Part shown: positions 1-14,269 of the stretch, one piece after another
Numbering within the stretch: the stretch's first letter is position 1
How the letters are laid out: each line of letters starts with the position of its first letter
From: Scyliorhinus canicula
Taxonomy: Eukaryota
Direction: 5' to 3'
NCBI RefSeq assembly: GCF_902713615.1
Contig: NC_052158.1
Location: 40,105,729 to 40,169,728 of the forward strand
DNA: 64,000 bases
The notes under the pieces: generated by a model
The model's database searches: none
Told to the model about the DNA's origin: nothing
Seen by the model: the letters and a program-made list of their open reading frames with translations, nothing else
Translations under genes and position numbers: made by a program

Positions 1-3000
1 CCTGAGACTTACCCGGTCTATCACTAACCTGGAACAGTAACCTGGGACACACCCTGTCTGTCACTAAACTGGAACAGTAACCTGGGACACACCCGGTCTA
101 TCACTAACCTGGAAGAGTAACCTGGGAAACACCCGGTATATCACTAACCAGGAACAGTAACCTGGGACACACCCGGTCTATCACTAACCTGGAACAGTAA
201 CCTGGGACACACCCGGTCTATCACTAACCTGGAACAGTAACCTGGGACACACCCGGTCTATCACTAACCTGGAACAGTAACCTGGGACAAACCCGGTCTA
301 TCACTAACCTGGAACAGTAACCTGGGACACACCCGGTCTATCACTAACCTGGAACAGTAACCTGGGACATACCCGGTCTATCACTAACCTGGAACAGTAA
401 CCTGGGACACACCCGGTCTATCACTAACCTGGAACAGTAACCTGGGACACACCCGGTCTATCACTAACCTGGAACAGTAACCTGGGACACACCCGGTCTG
501 TCACTAACCTGGAACAGTAACCTGGGACATACCCAGTCTATCACTAACCTGGAACGGTAACCTGGGACACACCCAGTCTATCACTAACCTGGAACAGTAA
601 CCTGGGACACACCCGGTCTATCACTAACCTGGAACAGTAACCTGGGACACACCCGGTCTATCACTAACCTGGAACAGTAACCTGGGACACACCGGTCTAT
701 CACTAACCTGGAACAGTAACCTGGGACACACTCCAGTCTATCACTAACCTGGAACAGTAACCTGGGACACACCCAGTCTATCACTAACCTGTAACAGTAA
801 CCTGGGACACACCCGGTCTATCACTAACCTGGAACAGTAACCTGGGACACACCCGGTCTATCACTAACCTGGAACAGTAACCTGGGACACACCCGGTCTA
901 TCACTAACCTGGAACAGTAACCTGGGACACACCCGGTCTATCACTAACCTGGAACAGTAACCTGGGACACACCCGGTCTATCACTAACCTGGAACAGTAA
1001 CCTGGGACACACCCGGTCTATCACTAACCTGGAACAGTAACCTGGGACATACCCGGTCTATCACTAACCTGGAACAGTAACCTGGGACATACCCGGTCTA
1101 TCACTAACCTGGAACAGTAACCTGGGACACACCCGGTCTATCACTAACCTGGAACAGTAACCTGGGACACACCCGGTCTATCACTAACCTGGAACAGTAA
1201 CCTGGGACACACCCGGTCTATCACTAACCTGGAACAGTAACCTGGGACACACCCGGTCTATCACTAACCTGGAACAGTAACCTGGGACACACCCGGTCTA
1301 TCACTAACCTGGAACAGTAACCTGGGACACACCCGGTCTATCACTAACCTGGAACAGTAACCTGGGACACACCCGGTCTATCACTAACCTGGAACAGTAA
1401 CCTGGGACACACCCGGTCTATCACTAACCTGGAACAGTAACCTGGGACACACCCGGTCTATCACTAACCTGGAACAGTAACCTGGGACACACCCGGTCTA
1501 TCACTAACCTGGAACAGTAACCTGGGACACACCCGGTCTATCACTAACCTGGAACAGTAACCTGGGACACACCCGGTCTATCACTAACCTGGAACAGTAA
1601 CCTGGGACACACCCAGTCTATCACTAACCTGGAACAGTAACCTGGGACACACCCGGTCTATCACTAACCTGGAACAGTAACCTGGGACACACCCGGTCTA
1701 TCACTAACCTGGAACAGTAACCTGGGACACACCCGGTCTATCACTAACCTGGAACAGTAACCTGGGACACACCCGGTCTATCACTAACCTGGAACAGTAA
1801 CCTGGGACACACCCAGGTCTATCACTAACCTGGAACAGTAACCTGGGACACACCCGGTCTATCACTAACCTGGAACAGTAACCTGGGACACTACCCGGTC
1901 TATCACTAACCTGGAACAGTAACCTGGGACAACCCGGTCTATCACTAACCTGGAACAGTAACCTGGGACACACCCGGTCTATCACTAACCTGGAACAGTA
2001 ACCTGGGACACACCCGGTCTATCACTAACCTGGAACAGTAACCTGGGACACACCCGGTCTATCACTAACCTGGAACAGTAACCTGGGACACACCCGGTCT
2101 ATCACTAACCTGGAACAGTAACCTGGGACACACCCGGTCTATCACTAACCTGGAACAGTAACCTGGGACACACCCGGTCTATCACTAACCTGGAACAGTA
2201 ACCTGGGACACACCCGGTCTATCACTAACCTGGAACAGTAACCTGGGACACACCCGGTCTATCACTAACCTGGAACAGTAACCTGGGACACACCCAGGTC
2301 TATCACTAACCTGGAACAGTACCTGGGACTACCCGGTCTATCCTAACCTGGAACAGTAACCTGGGACACATCCCAGTCTATCACTAACCTGGAACAGTAA
2401 CCTGGGACACACCCGGTCTATCACTAACCTGGAACAGTAACCTGGGACACACCCGGTCTATCACTAACCTGGAACAGTAACCTGGGACACACCCGGTCTA
2501 TCACTAACCTGGAACAGTAACCTGGGACACACCCGGTCTATCACTAACCTGGAACAGTAACCTGGGACATACCCAGTCTATCACTAACCTGGAACAGTAA
2601 CCTGGGACACACCCAGTCTGTCACTAACCTGGAACAGTAACCTGGGACACACCCGGTCTATCACTAACCTGGAACAGTAACCTGGGACACACCCAGTCTA
2701 TCACTAACCTGGAACAGTAACCTGGGACACACCCGGTCTATCACTAACCTGGAACAGTAACCTGGGACACACCCGGTCTATCACTAACCTGGAACAGTAA
2801 CCTGGGACACACCCGGTCTATCACTAACCTGGAACAGTAACCTGGGACACACCCGGTCTATCACTAACCTGGAACAGTAACCTGGGACACACCCGGTCTA
2901 TCACTAACCTGGAACAGTAACCTGGGACACACCCAGTCTATCACTAACCTGGAACAGTAACCTGGGACACACCCGGTCTATCACTAACCTGGAACAGTAA

Positions 3001-6000
3001 CCTGGGACACACCCGGTCTATCACTAACCTGGAACAGTAACCTGGGACACACCCGGTCTATCACTAACCTGGAACAGTAACCTGGGACACACCCGGTCTA
3101 TCACTAACCTGGAACAGTAACCTGGGACACACCCGGTCTATCACTAACCTGGAACAGTAACCTGGGACACACCCGGTCTATCACTAACCTGGAACAGTAA
3201 CCTGGGACATACCCGGTCTATCACTAACCTGGAACAGTAACCTGGGACATACCCGGTCTATCACTAACCTGGAACAGTAACCTGGGACACACCCGGTCTA
3301 TCACTAACCTGGAACAGTAACCTGGGACACACCCGGTCTATCACTAACCTGGAACAGTAACCTGGGACACACCCGGTCTATCACTAACCTGGAACAGTAA
3401 CCTGGGACACCCAGGTCTATCACTAACCTGGAACAGTAACCTGGGACACACCCGGTCTATCACTAACCTGGAACAGTAACCTGGGACACACCCGGTCTAT
3501 CACTAACCTGGAACAGTAACCTGGGACACACCCGGTCTATCACTAACCTGGAACAGTAACCTGGGACACACCCGGTCTATCACTAACCTGGAACAGTAAC
3601 CTGGGACACACCCGGTCTATCACTAACCTGGAACAGTAACCTGGGACACACCCGGTCTATCACTAACCTGGAACAGTAACCTGGGACACATCCAGTCTGT
3701 TACTAACCTGGAACAGTAACCTGGGACACACCCGGTCTATCACTAACCTGGAACTGTAACCTGGGACACACCCTGTCTATCACTAACCTGGAACAGTAAC
3801 CTGGGACACCCGGTCTATCACTAACCTGGAACAGTAACCTGGGACACACCCGGTCTATCACTAACCTGGAACAGTAACCTGGGACACACCCGGTCTATCA
3901 CTAACCTGGAACAGTAACCTGGGACACACCCGGTCTGTCACTAACCTGGAACAGTAACCTGGGACACACCCGGTCTATCACTAACCTGGAACAGTAACCT
4001 GGGACACACCCGGTCTATCACTAACCTGGAACAGTAACCTGGGACATACCCAGTCTATCACTAACCTGGAACAGTAACCTGGGACAGACCCAGTCTATCA
4101 CTAACCTGGAACAGTAACCTGGGACACTCCCGGTCTATCACTAACCTGGAACAGTAACCTGGGACATACCCGGTCTATCACTAACCTGGAACAGTAACGT
4201 GGGACAGACCCGGTCTATCACTAACCTGGAACAGTAACCTGGGACACATCCGGTCTATCACTAACCTGGAACAGTAACCTGGGACACACCCGGTCTATCA
4301 CTAACTTGGAACAGTAACCTGGGACACACCCAGTCTATCACTAACCTGGAACAGTAACCTGGGACATACCCGGTCTGTCACTAACCTGGAACAGTAACCT
4401 GGGACACACCCGGTCTATCACTAACCTGGAACAGTAACCTGGGACACACCCGGTCTATCACTAACCTGGAACAGTAACCTGGGACACAACCGGTCTATCA
4501 CTAACCTGGAACAGTAACCTGGGACACACCCGGTCTATCACTAACCTGGAACAGTAACCTGGGACACACCCAGTCTATCACTAACCTGGAACAGTAACCT
4601 GGGACTAGCCCGGTCTATCACTAACCTGGAACAGTAACCTGGGACACACCCAGTCCATCACTAACCTGGAACAGTAACCTGGGACACACCCGGTCAATCA
4701 CTAACCTGGAACAGTAACCTGGGACACACCCGGTCTATCACTAACCTGGAACAGTAACCTGGGACACACCCAGTCTATCACTAACCTGGAACAGTAACCT
4801 GGGACACCCGGTCTATCACTAACCTGGAACAGTAACCTGGGACATACCCAGTCTATCACTAACCTGGAACAGTAACCTGGGACACACCCAGTCTATCACT
4901 AACCTGGAACAGTAACCTGGGACACACCCGGTCTATCACTAACCTGGAACAGTAACCTGGGACATACCCAGTCTATCACTAACCTGGAACAGTAACCTGG
5001 GACACACCCAGTCTATCACTAACCTGGAACAGTAACCTGGGACACACCCGGTCTATCACTAACCTGGAACAGTAACCTGGGACACACCCGGTCTATCACT
5101 AACCTGGAACAGTAACCTGGGACACACCCGGTCTATCACTAACCTGGAACAGTAACCTGGGATACATCCAGTCTGTTACTAACCTGGAACAGTAACCTGG
5201 GACACACCCAGTCTATCACTAACCTGTAACAGTAACCTGGGACACACCCGGTCTATCACTAACCTGGAACAGTAACCTGGGATACACCCGGTCTATCACT
5301 AACCTGGAACAGTAACCTGGGACACCCGGTCTATCACTAACATGGAACAGTAACCTGGGACACTCCCGGTCTATCACTAACCTGGAACAGTAACCTGGGA
5401 CACACTCGGTCTATCACTAACCTGGAACAGTAACCTGGGACACACCCGGTCTATCACTAACCTGGAACAGTAACCTGGGACATACCCGGTCTATCACTAA
5501 CCTGGAACAGTAACCTGGGACATACCCGGTCTATCACAAACCTGGAACAGTAACCTGGGACACACCCGGTCTATCACTAACCTGGAACAGTAACCTGGGA
5601 CACACCCGGTCTATCACTAACCTGGAACAGTAACCTTGGACACACCCGGTCTATCACTAACCTGGAACAGTAACCTGGGACATACCCAGTCTATCACTAA
5701 CCTGGAACAGTAACCTGGGACACACCCGGTCTATCACTAACCTGGAACAGTAACCTGGGACACATCCAGTCTGTTACTAACCTGGAACAGTAACCTGGGA
5801 CACACCCAGTCTATCACTAACCTGGAACAGTAACCTGGGACACACCCGGTCTATCACTAACCTGGAACAGTAACCTGGGACATACCCAGTCTAACACTAA
5901 CCTGGAACAGTAACCTGGGACACACCCAGTCTATCACTAACCTGGAACAGTAACCTGGGACACACCCGGTCTATCACTAACCTGGAACAGTAACCTGGGA

Positions 6001-9000
6001 CACATCCAGTCTGTTACTAACCTGGAACAGTAACCTGGGACACACCCGGTCTATCACTAACCTGGAACTGTAACCTGGGACACACCCTGTCTATCACTAA
6101 CCTGGAACAGTAACCTGGGACACCCGGTCTATCACTAACCTGGAACAGTAACCTGGGACACACCCGGTCTATCACTAACCTGGAACAGTAACCTGGGACA
6201 CACCCGGTCTATCACTAACCTGGAACAGTAACCTGGGACACACCCGGTCTGTCACTAACCTGAAACAGTAACCTGGGACACACCCGGTCTATCACTAACC
6301 TGGAACAGTAACCTGGGACTCACCCGGTCTATCACTAACCTGGAACAGTAACCTGGGACATACCCAGTCTATCACTAACCTGGAACAGTAACCTGGGACA
6401 GACCCAGTCTATCACTAACCTGGAACAGTAACCTGGGACATACCCGGTCTATCACTAACCTGGAACAGTAACGTGGGACAGACCCGGTCTATCACTAACC
6501 TGGAACAGTAACCTGGGACACATCCGGTCTATCACTAACCTGGAACAGTAACCTGGGACACACCCGGTCTATCACTAACCTGGAACAGTAACCTGGGACA
6601 TACCCGGTCTATCACTAACCTGGAACAGTAACCTGGGACACACCCGGTCTATCACTAACCTGGAACAGGAACCTGGGACACACCTGGTCTATCAGTAACC
6701 TGCAACAGTAACCTGGGACACACCCGGTCTATCACTAACCTGGAACAGTAACCTGGGACACACCCGGTCTATCACTAACCTGGAAAAGTAACTTGGGACA
6801 CACCCAGTCTGTTACTAACCTGGAACAGTATCCTGGGACTAGCCCGCTCTATCGTAAACCTGGAACAGTAACCTGGGACACACCCAGTCTATCACTAACC
6901 TGGAACAGTAACCTGGGACACACCCGGTCTATCACTAACCTGGAACAGTAACCTGGGACACACCCGGTCTATCACTAACCTGGAACAGTAACCTGGGACA
7001 CACCCAGTCTATCACTAACCTGGAACAGTAACCTGGGACACCCGGTCTATCACTAACCTGGAACAGTAACCTGGGACATACCCAGTCTATCACTAACCTG
7101 GAACAGTAACCTGGGACACACCCAGTCTATCACTAACCTGGAACAGTAACCTGGGACACACCCGGTCTATCACTAACCTGGAACAGTAACCTGGGACATA
7201 CCCGTCTATCACTAACCTGGAACAGTAACCTGGGACACACCCAGTCTATCACTAACCTGGAACAGTAACCTGGGACACACCCGGTCTATCACTAACCTGG
7301 AACAGTAACCTGGGACACACCCGGTCTATCACTAACCTGGAACAGTAACCTGGGACACACCCGGTCTATCACTAACCTGGAACAGTAACCTGGGATACAT
7401 CCAGTCTGTCACTAACCTGGAACAGTAACCTGGGACACACCCAGTCTATCACTAACCTGTAACAGTAACCTGGGACACACCCGGTCTATCACTAACCTGG
7501 AACAGTAACCTGGGATACACCCGGTCTATCACTAACCTGGAACAGTAACCTGGGACACCCGGTCTATCACTAACATGGAACAGTAACCTGGGACACACCC
7601 GGTCTATCACTAACCTGGAACAGTAACCTGGGACACACTCGGTCTATCACTAACCTGGAACAGTAACCTGGGACACACCCGGTCTATCACTAACCTGGAA
7701 CAGTTACCTGGGACATACCCGGTCTATCACTAACCTGGAACAGTAACCTGGGACATACCCGGTCTATCACTAACCTGGAACAGTAACCTGGGACACACCC
7801 GGTCTATCACTAACCTGGAACAGTAACCTGGGACACACCCGGTCTATCACTAACCTGGAACAGTAACCTGGGACACACCCGGTCTGTCACTAACCTGGAA
7901 CAGTAACCTGGGACATACCCAGTCTATCACTAACCTGGAACAGTAACCTGGGACACACCCGGTCTATCACTAACCTGGAACAGTAACCTGGGATACATCC
8001 AGTCTGTTACTAACCTGGAACAGTAACTTGGGACACACCCAGTCTATCACTAACCTGTAACAGTAACCTGGGACACACCCGGTCTATCACTAACCTGGAA
8101 CAGTAACCTGGGACACACCCGGTCTATCACTAACCTGGAACAGTAACCTGGGACACCCGGTCTATCACTAACCTGGAACAGTAACCTGGGACACACCCGG
8201 TCTATCACTAACCTGGAACAGTAACCTGGGACACACTCTGTCTATCACTAACCTGGAACAGTAACCTGGGACACACCCGGTCTGTCACTAACCTGGAACA
8301 GTAACCTGGGACACACCCGGTCTATCACTAACCTGGAACAGTAACCTGGGACACACCCGGTCTATCACTAACCTGGAACAGTAACCTGGGACATACCCAG
8401 TCTATCACTAACCTGAAACAGTGACCTGGGGCACACCCGGTCTATCACTAACCTGGAACAGTAACCTGGGACACAACCGGTCTATCACTAACCTGGAACA
8501 GTAACCTGGGACACACCTTGTCTATCACTAACCTGGAACAGTAACCAGGGACATACCCACTCTATCACTAACCTGGAACAGTAACCTGGGACACACCCAG
8601 TCTGTTACTAACCTGGAACAGTAACCTGGGACACACCCGGTCTATCACTAACCTGGAACAGTAACCTGGGACACACCCGGTCTATCACTAACCTGGAACA
8701 GTAACCTGGGACACACCCGGTCTGTTACTAACCTGGAACTGTAACCTGGGACACACCCGGTCTATCACTAACCTGGAACAGTAACCTGGGACACCCGGTC
8801 TATCACTAACCTGGAACAGTAACCTGGGACACACCTGGTCTATCACTAACCTGGAACAGTAACCTGGGACACACCCGGTCTATCACTAACCTGGAACAGT
8901 AACCTGGGACACACCCGATCTATCACTAAACTGGAACAGTAACCTGGGACAGACCCAGTCTATCACTAACCTGGAACAGTAACCTGGGACACTCCCGGTC

Positions 9001-9420
9001 TATCACTAACCTGGAACAGTAACCTGGGACACATCCGGTCTGTTACTAACGGGAACCGTAACCTGGGACAAACCCGGTCTATCACTAACCTGGAACAATA
9101 ACCTGGGACACACCCGGTCTATCACTAACCTGGAACAGTAACCTGGGGACACACCCAGTCTATCACTAACCTGGAACAATAACCTGGCACACCCTCAGTC
9201 TATCACTAACCTGGAACAGTAACCTGGGACAGACCCAGTCTATCACTAACCTGGAACAGCAACCTGGGACACACCCGGTCTATCACTAACCAGGAACAGT
9301 AACCTGGGACACACCCGGTCTATCACTAACCTGGAACAGTAACCTGGGACATACCCGGTCTATCACTAACCTGGAACAGTAACCTGGGACACACCCGGTC
9401 TATCACTAACCTGGAACAGT
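1..9420. repeat. 40-bp tandem satellite, about 235 copies (CCTGGGACACACCCGGTCTATCACTAACCTGGAACAGTAA); runs off the left edge
   Basis: Exact 40-bp periodicity visible throughout. The minus-strand ORFs here are repeat translations. Confidence 0.99.
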
Positions 9421-9439
9421 GATCTGATCTATAGATTAT

Positions 9440-9612
9440 CCTGCCACAGCCCAAAGATGTGCAGGTTAGGTGGATTGGTTATGCCAAATTACCCTTAGTG
9501 TCCAAAATTGCCCTTAGTGTTGGGTGGGGTTACTGGATTATGGGGATTGGGTGGAGGTGTGGGGTTGGGTGGGGTACTCTTTCCAAGAGCCTGTGCCGAG
9601 TCGATGGGCCGA
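9440..9612 (+). mobile_element. 5'-truncated HE1-like (elasmobranch tRNA-derived) SINE body
   Basis: CCCAAAGATGTGCAGGTTAGGTGGATTGG...AAATTGCCCTTAGTG core shared with the SINEs at 45565, 38238 and 49135. Confidence 0.75.
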
Positions 9613-9786
9613 ATCTATTAAATAAGTGGGAAAAGGTTTGGTAGGTGGGAGTAAAATGTGGAAAAATGTGAACCTGTCCATTTGGGCAGGAAGAATAGAA
9701 ATATTCTATTATGGAAAGAATAATATGTCAGATATTATTTGAATGGAGAGATATTGTACAACTAGACGTTGCAGGTGGATCTGGGA
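9613..9786 (+). mobile_element. Degenerate CR1 LINE RT C-terminal fragment
   Basis: Resembles the CR1 segment W..W.MEYN..KCE.VHFGRKN...YYLNGE.L....VQ.DLG; homologous to the CR1 region near 49500-49630. Confidence 0.6.
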
Positions 9787-10358
9787 CACACCCGGTACAC
9801 CAGTAACCCGGGACACACCCGGTCTATCATTGCTCACTGTGTGAATAGTCTCTCTGTCAAACTGGGTGATGGGCAATCCAGAGCAGGATCTCCACTGTCC
9901 TTCACTGAGCTTTTTAATCTCCTCTTTATACATCGTCAACAGGATGTTGGTGGTCTGAGATAACCTGGCCTATTCAACCATGAGGGCATCACAGCTGATC
10001 CTGGGGTGGGTGAAACATGGATTATCCTTCTCCCCGGAGTGTTTCGAAGACTTTAGACCAGGAATGATAAAGCTGTTGTGCTTCTCCCAATCGGTGTGAA
10101 AATTAAAATTGTCCATTTGAAGCATTTTCCATTTGCTCCACGTTTCTCTGATCCGGGAGTTTCTCCATCCTGCTGTCAGGAGAGCTGGACACAAATCCCA
10201 TCAGAGTCTGACACACTGTGCTGACTTCAATGGTGTCAGATATCAGGCTGGCTGTATAACCGGCATCAAATATCACCCATTTCAAACTCTCCCCAAAAGA
10301 TTCACATTAACCCCAGAGAGAGAGAGAGTGAGAATGGAAGAGTGAATTCTGTACTTAC

Positions 10359-10410
10359 CGGGAGAGACCCAGGAAAAACACAGGGAGATGGAGAAAAGGA
10401 TCAGGAACAT
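10359..10410 (-). CDS. Signal-peptide (leader) exon, probably of an MHC class I-like gene whose remaining exons lie beyond the left edge (MFLILFSISLCFSWVSP)
   Basis: ATG at 10410, 17 hydrophobic codons + 1 nt, phase-1 donor GTAAGT at 10358. Near-identical paralogous exon at 32175-32226. Class I assignment is inferred from context. Confidence 0.7.
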
Positions 10411-10680
10411 TCTGGGAATCCACTGTTCCTGTTCCAATCAGTGACTGGGAATCAAACTCTCTGAGGGGGAAACTAATCCTGTTTACAGACTGGGGAAAAT
10501 ACAAATAACAAATCTACCGAGACTCCATTTTACTGTCTAACTTGAACATTTCCTGAACCAGGCTGAGGATAAATGATTGGTCAGCTTCCGAAAAACAGCC
10601 AATTAAAGGATAAACTATCCTGTGTCACCCGTTACCAGGAAGATCAAACTGAGACAGAGAGAGATTCAGGAAATGAATTC
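10411..10680 (-). promoter_or_regulatory. Class I-like proximal promoter: Y box (CTGATTGG), ISRE-like TAGTTTCCC, extra CCAAT boxes
   Basis: Y box at 10434-10441 and ISRE-like motif at about 10466-10475. Conserved in blocks with 31900-32174 on the plus strand. Confidence 0.6.
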
Positions 10681-10685
10681 ACACA

Positions 10686-11373
10686 GAGATTGTAGAGACC
10701 TCGTCCAGCAGCTCCAGTGTAAAGAGAGGAGACACTGGGACCCTGGACTCCCCCCTCACAGTGAGATTGTAGAGACCTCGTCCAGCAGCTCCAGTGTAAA
10801 GAGAGGAGACACTGGGACCCTGGGCTCCCCCCTCACAGTGAGATTGAAGATACCTCGTCCAGCAGCTCCAGTGTAAAGAGAGGAGACACTGGGATCCTGG
10901 ACTCTCCCCTCACAGTGAGATTGTAGAGACCTCGTCCAGCAGCTCCAGTGTAAAGAGAGGAGACACTGGGACCCTGGACTCCCCCCTCACAGTGAGATTG
11001 AAGAGACCTCGTCCAGCAGCTCCAGTGTAAAGAGAGGAGACACTGGGACCCTGGACTCCCCCCTCACAGTGAGATTGAAGAGACCTCGTCCAGCAGCTCC
11101 AGTGTAAAGAGAGGAGACACTGGGACCCTGGACTCCCCCCTCACAGTGAGATTGAAGAGACCTCGTCCAGCAGCTCCAGTGTAAAGAGAGGAGACACTGG
11201 GACCCTGGACTCCCCCCTCACAGTGAGATTGAAGAGACCTCGTCCAGCAGCTCCAGTGTAAAGAGAGGAGACACTGGGACCCTGGACTCCCCCCTCACAG
11301 TGAGATTGAAGAGACCTCGTCCAGCAGCTCCAGTGTAAAGAGAGGAGACACTGGGATCCTGGACTCCCCCCTC
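10686..11373. repeat. 77-bp minisatellite, about 9 copies, immediately upstream of the 10.4-kb promoter
   Basis: GAGATTG unit starts at 10686 and 10763 (period 77). Confidence 0.95.
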
Positions 11374-12041
11374 CTGGACATTATTAACCATCACACTAAA
11401 CAGAAATGTGAAATAAATATCTTGGTGTTTCTGTGTTGGTTTGGGAAAGACTTGTTGGGTAGTTTGGGGATAATTTCACACTCTCACTATGTAGGGTGTG
11501 GATAAGAGACCTTTACAAACACTTGGTGAGTGCGTCTCCAATGGCAACTGAACTTTACCCCCATGTGACATCATCAAACTATAATTAACCCATCAACAAG
11601 ATCCTCACTCCATAACCTACTAAATCATCAATTTAAATTTCAATGATGAAATATCAAGAATATACAACCCTGTCAGATTGTGTGAAATGATTCAGTTAGT
11701 TTCCACATTGCTGTGTGGACCATGGTACAGAGCTGTTAGCTTTCACATCTCTGTGACCTCCTTCCACACCAACACACTGACCTTCTGAGGTTCCCTACAC
11801 TTACCGGACTGGAGTTATCGCGAGGAGAGGGGCGGTGTATTGATCACCCCTACCATGGCGGTGGGCTAACTGAGAGGAGAGTGGGATTCCGCTCCTTACT
11901 GGGAGGAATTCCTGCCCTCGGGAGCTGCTGTCCAATCTGCTTCACCGTCACCTCCATTAGTCCCAGCAGCACCACCACTGAGTAGTGGTCACTGCTGGGA
12001 CTGCAAGCAGGCCCCAGGTTGGAGACAGGCAGGGTGTGTGG

Positions 12042-12451
12042 TGATGTGTTCGGCAGGTTGGTTTGATGTGGACTGCACTTGATGCAGAGAAGCTAGAAAC
12101 AGACGTCTAACACTGGAGAAGATCCAACACTATTTTATTCAACTATAGAACTGCTATACATATTCAGCTGTGGGTCGACACTATACTGAACTGACTGGAG
12201 ACCTTGTAGTAGCCTGACCAGGCTTACTGGCTACCGCATGGTGTTTGCACTGGCTAGCTCGTGGACTCTGACTGTCTCAGTACCTGGGAGAGGGAGTCCA
12301 GAGAGAGCAGGGAACCTAGTGCCCTCTGGCTTTATAGTGGTAGTGTCCTGTCTGGTGATTGGCTGCTCTGTGTTGTGTGCTTACTGGTCATCCTGTGTGT
12401 CAATCACTACCTGTCTGCATCTCATTATATACATGAGTAGATATTATGACA
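12042..12451 (-). mobile_element. Solo LTR (410 bp)
   Basis: TG...CA ends, 5-bp TSD TGTGG (12037-12041 and 12452-12456), AATAAA and TATA-like motif on the minus strand. Confidence 0.8.
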
Positions 12452-12989
12452 TGTGGATAAAGGTGTGAGGAGGGATCCTGGAGTCTATGGAGGGGAGCGA
12501 GGGTGTGCTGGAGGCAATGTAGGGGGAACAAATTGGGGGCTAACATCTTGGAAGATGGCCCAATATGATCCCCAAATGAAACCCTTCCTGGTTTTGATAC
12601 AAAATTTAAAATAACTATTTTCTCTCTCTCTCGTCTGCCTGCCTACACCAACTGCGGGCAACATAATATTTGGGCCAATTGCCTTGTTAACAAGTTCAAT
12701 TTCCCATCACGGTACATCTGGAGCACTGTGGACAGTATTGGTCTGTTTATTTAATGAAGCTTCTAAATGTGTTGGAAGTTATTCAGAGAAGGTTTACTGG
12801 ACTAATACCCGGAATGGGCGGATTGTTTTATGTGGAGAGTCTGGACAGGCTAGTGTGATGATCAGTGTATCATTTATATTTCTGTGTAGGTCAGGGTAAG
12901 CTGTGTCTGTGGGTGTCTAAGGTTAATCACAGCAGGGGTTCTTGGAGTCAGATTGTCTGTAGAATCTAATGGATAAAATACTAAAGGTA

Positions 12990-13243
12990 ACATTCTTCTT
13001 TTCTCCCGCAGAGATTGTGTCTCTGGAACTCTCTTCCTCAACAGGAAGTGGAAGCTGAACCTTTGAATATTTTTAAGGCAGAGCCGGATAGATTGTTGCT
13101 GAACAAGGGGGTGAAAGGTTATCGGGGTCGGCAGGGATGTGGTGTTGAGGTTACAATCAGATCAGCCATGATCTTACTGAATGGTGAAGCAGCCTCGAGG
13201 GGCCGAGTGGCCTACTCCTGTTCCTTGGTCATATGTTCGTACG
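12990..13243 (+). mobile_element. CR1 LINE 3' end (5'-truncated)
   Basis: End of ORF2 (LWNSLPQQEVEAEPLNIFKAE.DR.L..KGVKGY) followed by a typical CR1 3'UTR. Confidence 0.8.
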
Positions 13244-13633
13244 TAGAGCTGTTCCCACTCACAGTCTCTGTGACCTCCTTCCTCACCAAGACACTAACTT
13301 TCTGAGGTTCTCTACACTTCTCATTGCTGAGAAGCTGGTCACACTTCACCCTCACCTCATTGGGAAATGTGTTGGAGTTTGATTCACTAAAGTTATCAGA
13401 CGGCTTCCTCTCCTCTGTCTCTCGCTGTCATCTTCTTTTCTGTAAACAAGTGCATCAATGCTGATGGGAAGCAGTGAATGATGCTGACATTTGGGATGAA
13501 CTCAGCCAGTTCCCATTGAATTGAACCTCAACAAGTTCCCATTCCAAGGGTCACAAGCTGCTGAGTGAATGAATTAAACCTTTCTTGTGTAATCAGTAAA
13601 GAAGAATTCAGACAAGTCAAACACTGATAATTA

Positions 13634-14208
13634 TTTATTGACTGGAAATCACAATTATCAGCTCTCACAGAGAAACATTGATGATATAAATAATTACAGA
13701 CTATTTTCCATAAATATATTTTAGCTCTGAAATGTATAAAAAATTAATGAAAGAACAGTTTAAATATGACATCACATAAAGTGTAAAATAGTCCAGTTCC
13801 ATCAATATAAAATGTGGCTCTCTGAGTTTCTTCACCACATTTACACAATTCAGGTTAATCACTCGGCCATAACAAGTTGTTCAAGAGAAGAAAGTGCGCG
13901 GGAGAAACCATCCTTGAAGATCCCTTCGACTGTGAGGGGCATCACATTGCTGATACTGGATGGAAAGCCTACTTCAGAAAGTCTCACTTGAAGAATCAGG
14001 ATCCCAACCTGGTGTCTCTGGGATCCATTGTTCAATCAGTGGAAACACATTCCCAGGAAAAATTGATCTCAATCATCAAAGAACTGAGTGTAAACAATGA
14101 GCTGTAATTCTGTGTGTCTGCTGTGATATGGAAGGATGGATAATGATGTCCAGGTTCAGACTACAACACGCCAATCCTGTTATTCATCAATGAAACTCCG
14201 GGAATGTC
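13634..14208 (-). pseudogene. Putative last class I exon (GHSRSFIDE*) plus AT-rich 3'UTR with AATAAA at 13634-13639
   Basis: CTGCAG acceptor at 14209; TAA at 14180-14182 in the phase-1 frame; poly(A) signal downstream. Inferred from position. Confidence 0.5.
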
Positions 14209-14269
14209 CTGCAGTGGAGCCCAGTAAACCCACGAGGTAAGGAATGGAGAGAAACAAGACAATCGGTTC

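Noticed and set aside
1-9420. CRISPR-like regular repeat array
   Set aside because: Units are directly adjacent with no unique spacers, there are no cas genes, and the context is eukaryotic.
9830-10320. Possible alpha1 exon after the 10.4-kb leader
   Set aside because: No SHSL.Y.YT / GYVDD / W-type alpha1 motifs in any minus-strand frame; treated as intron.
10686-11373. RSS heptamer CACAGTG in every 77-bp unit
   Set aside because: No ACAAAAACC-like nonamer at 12- or 23-bp spacing, and no V/D/J segments nearby.
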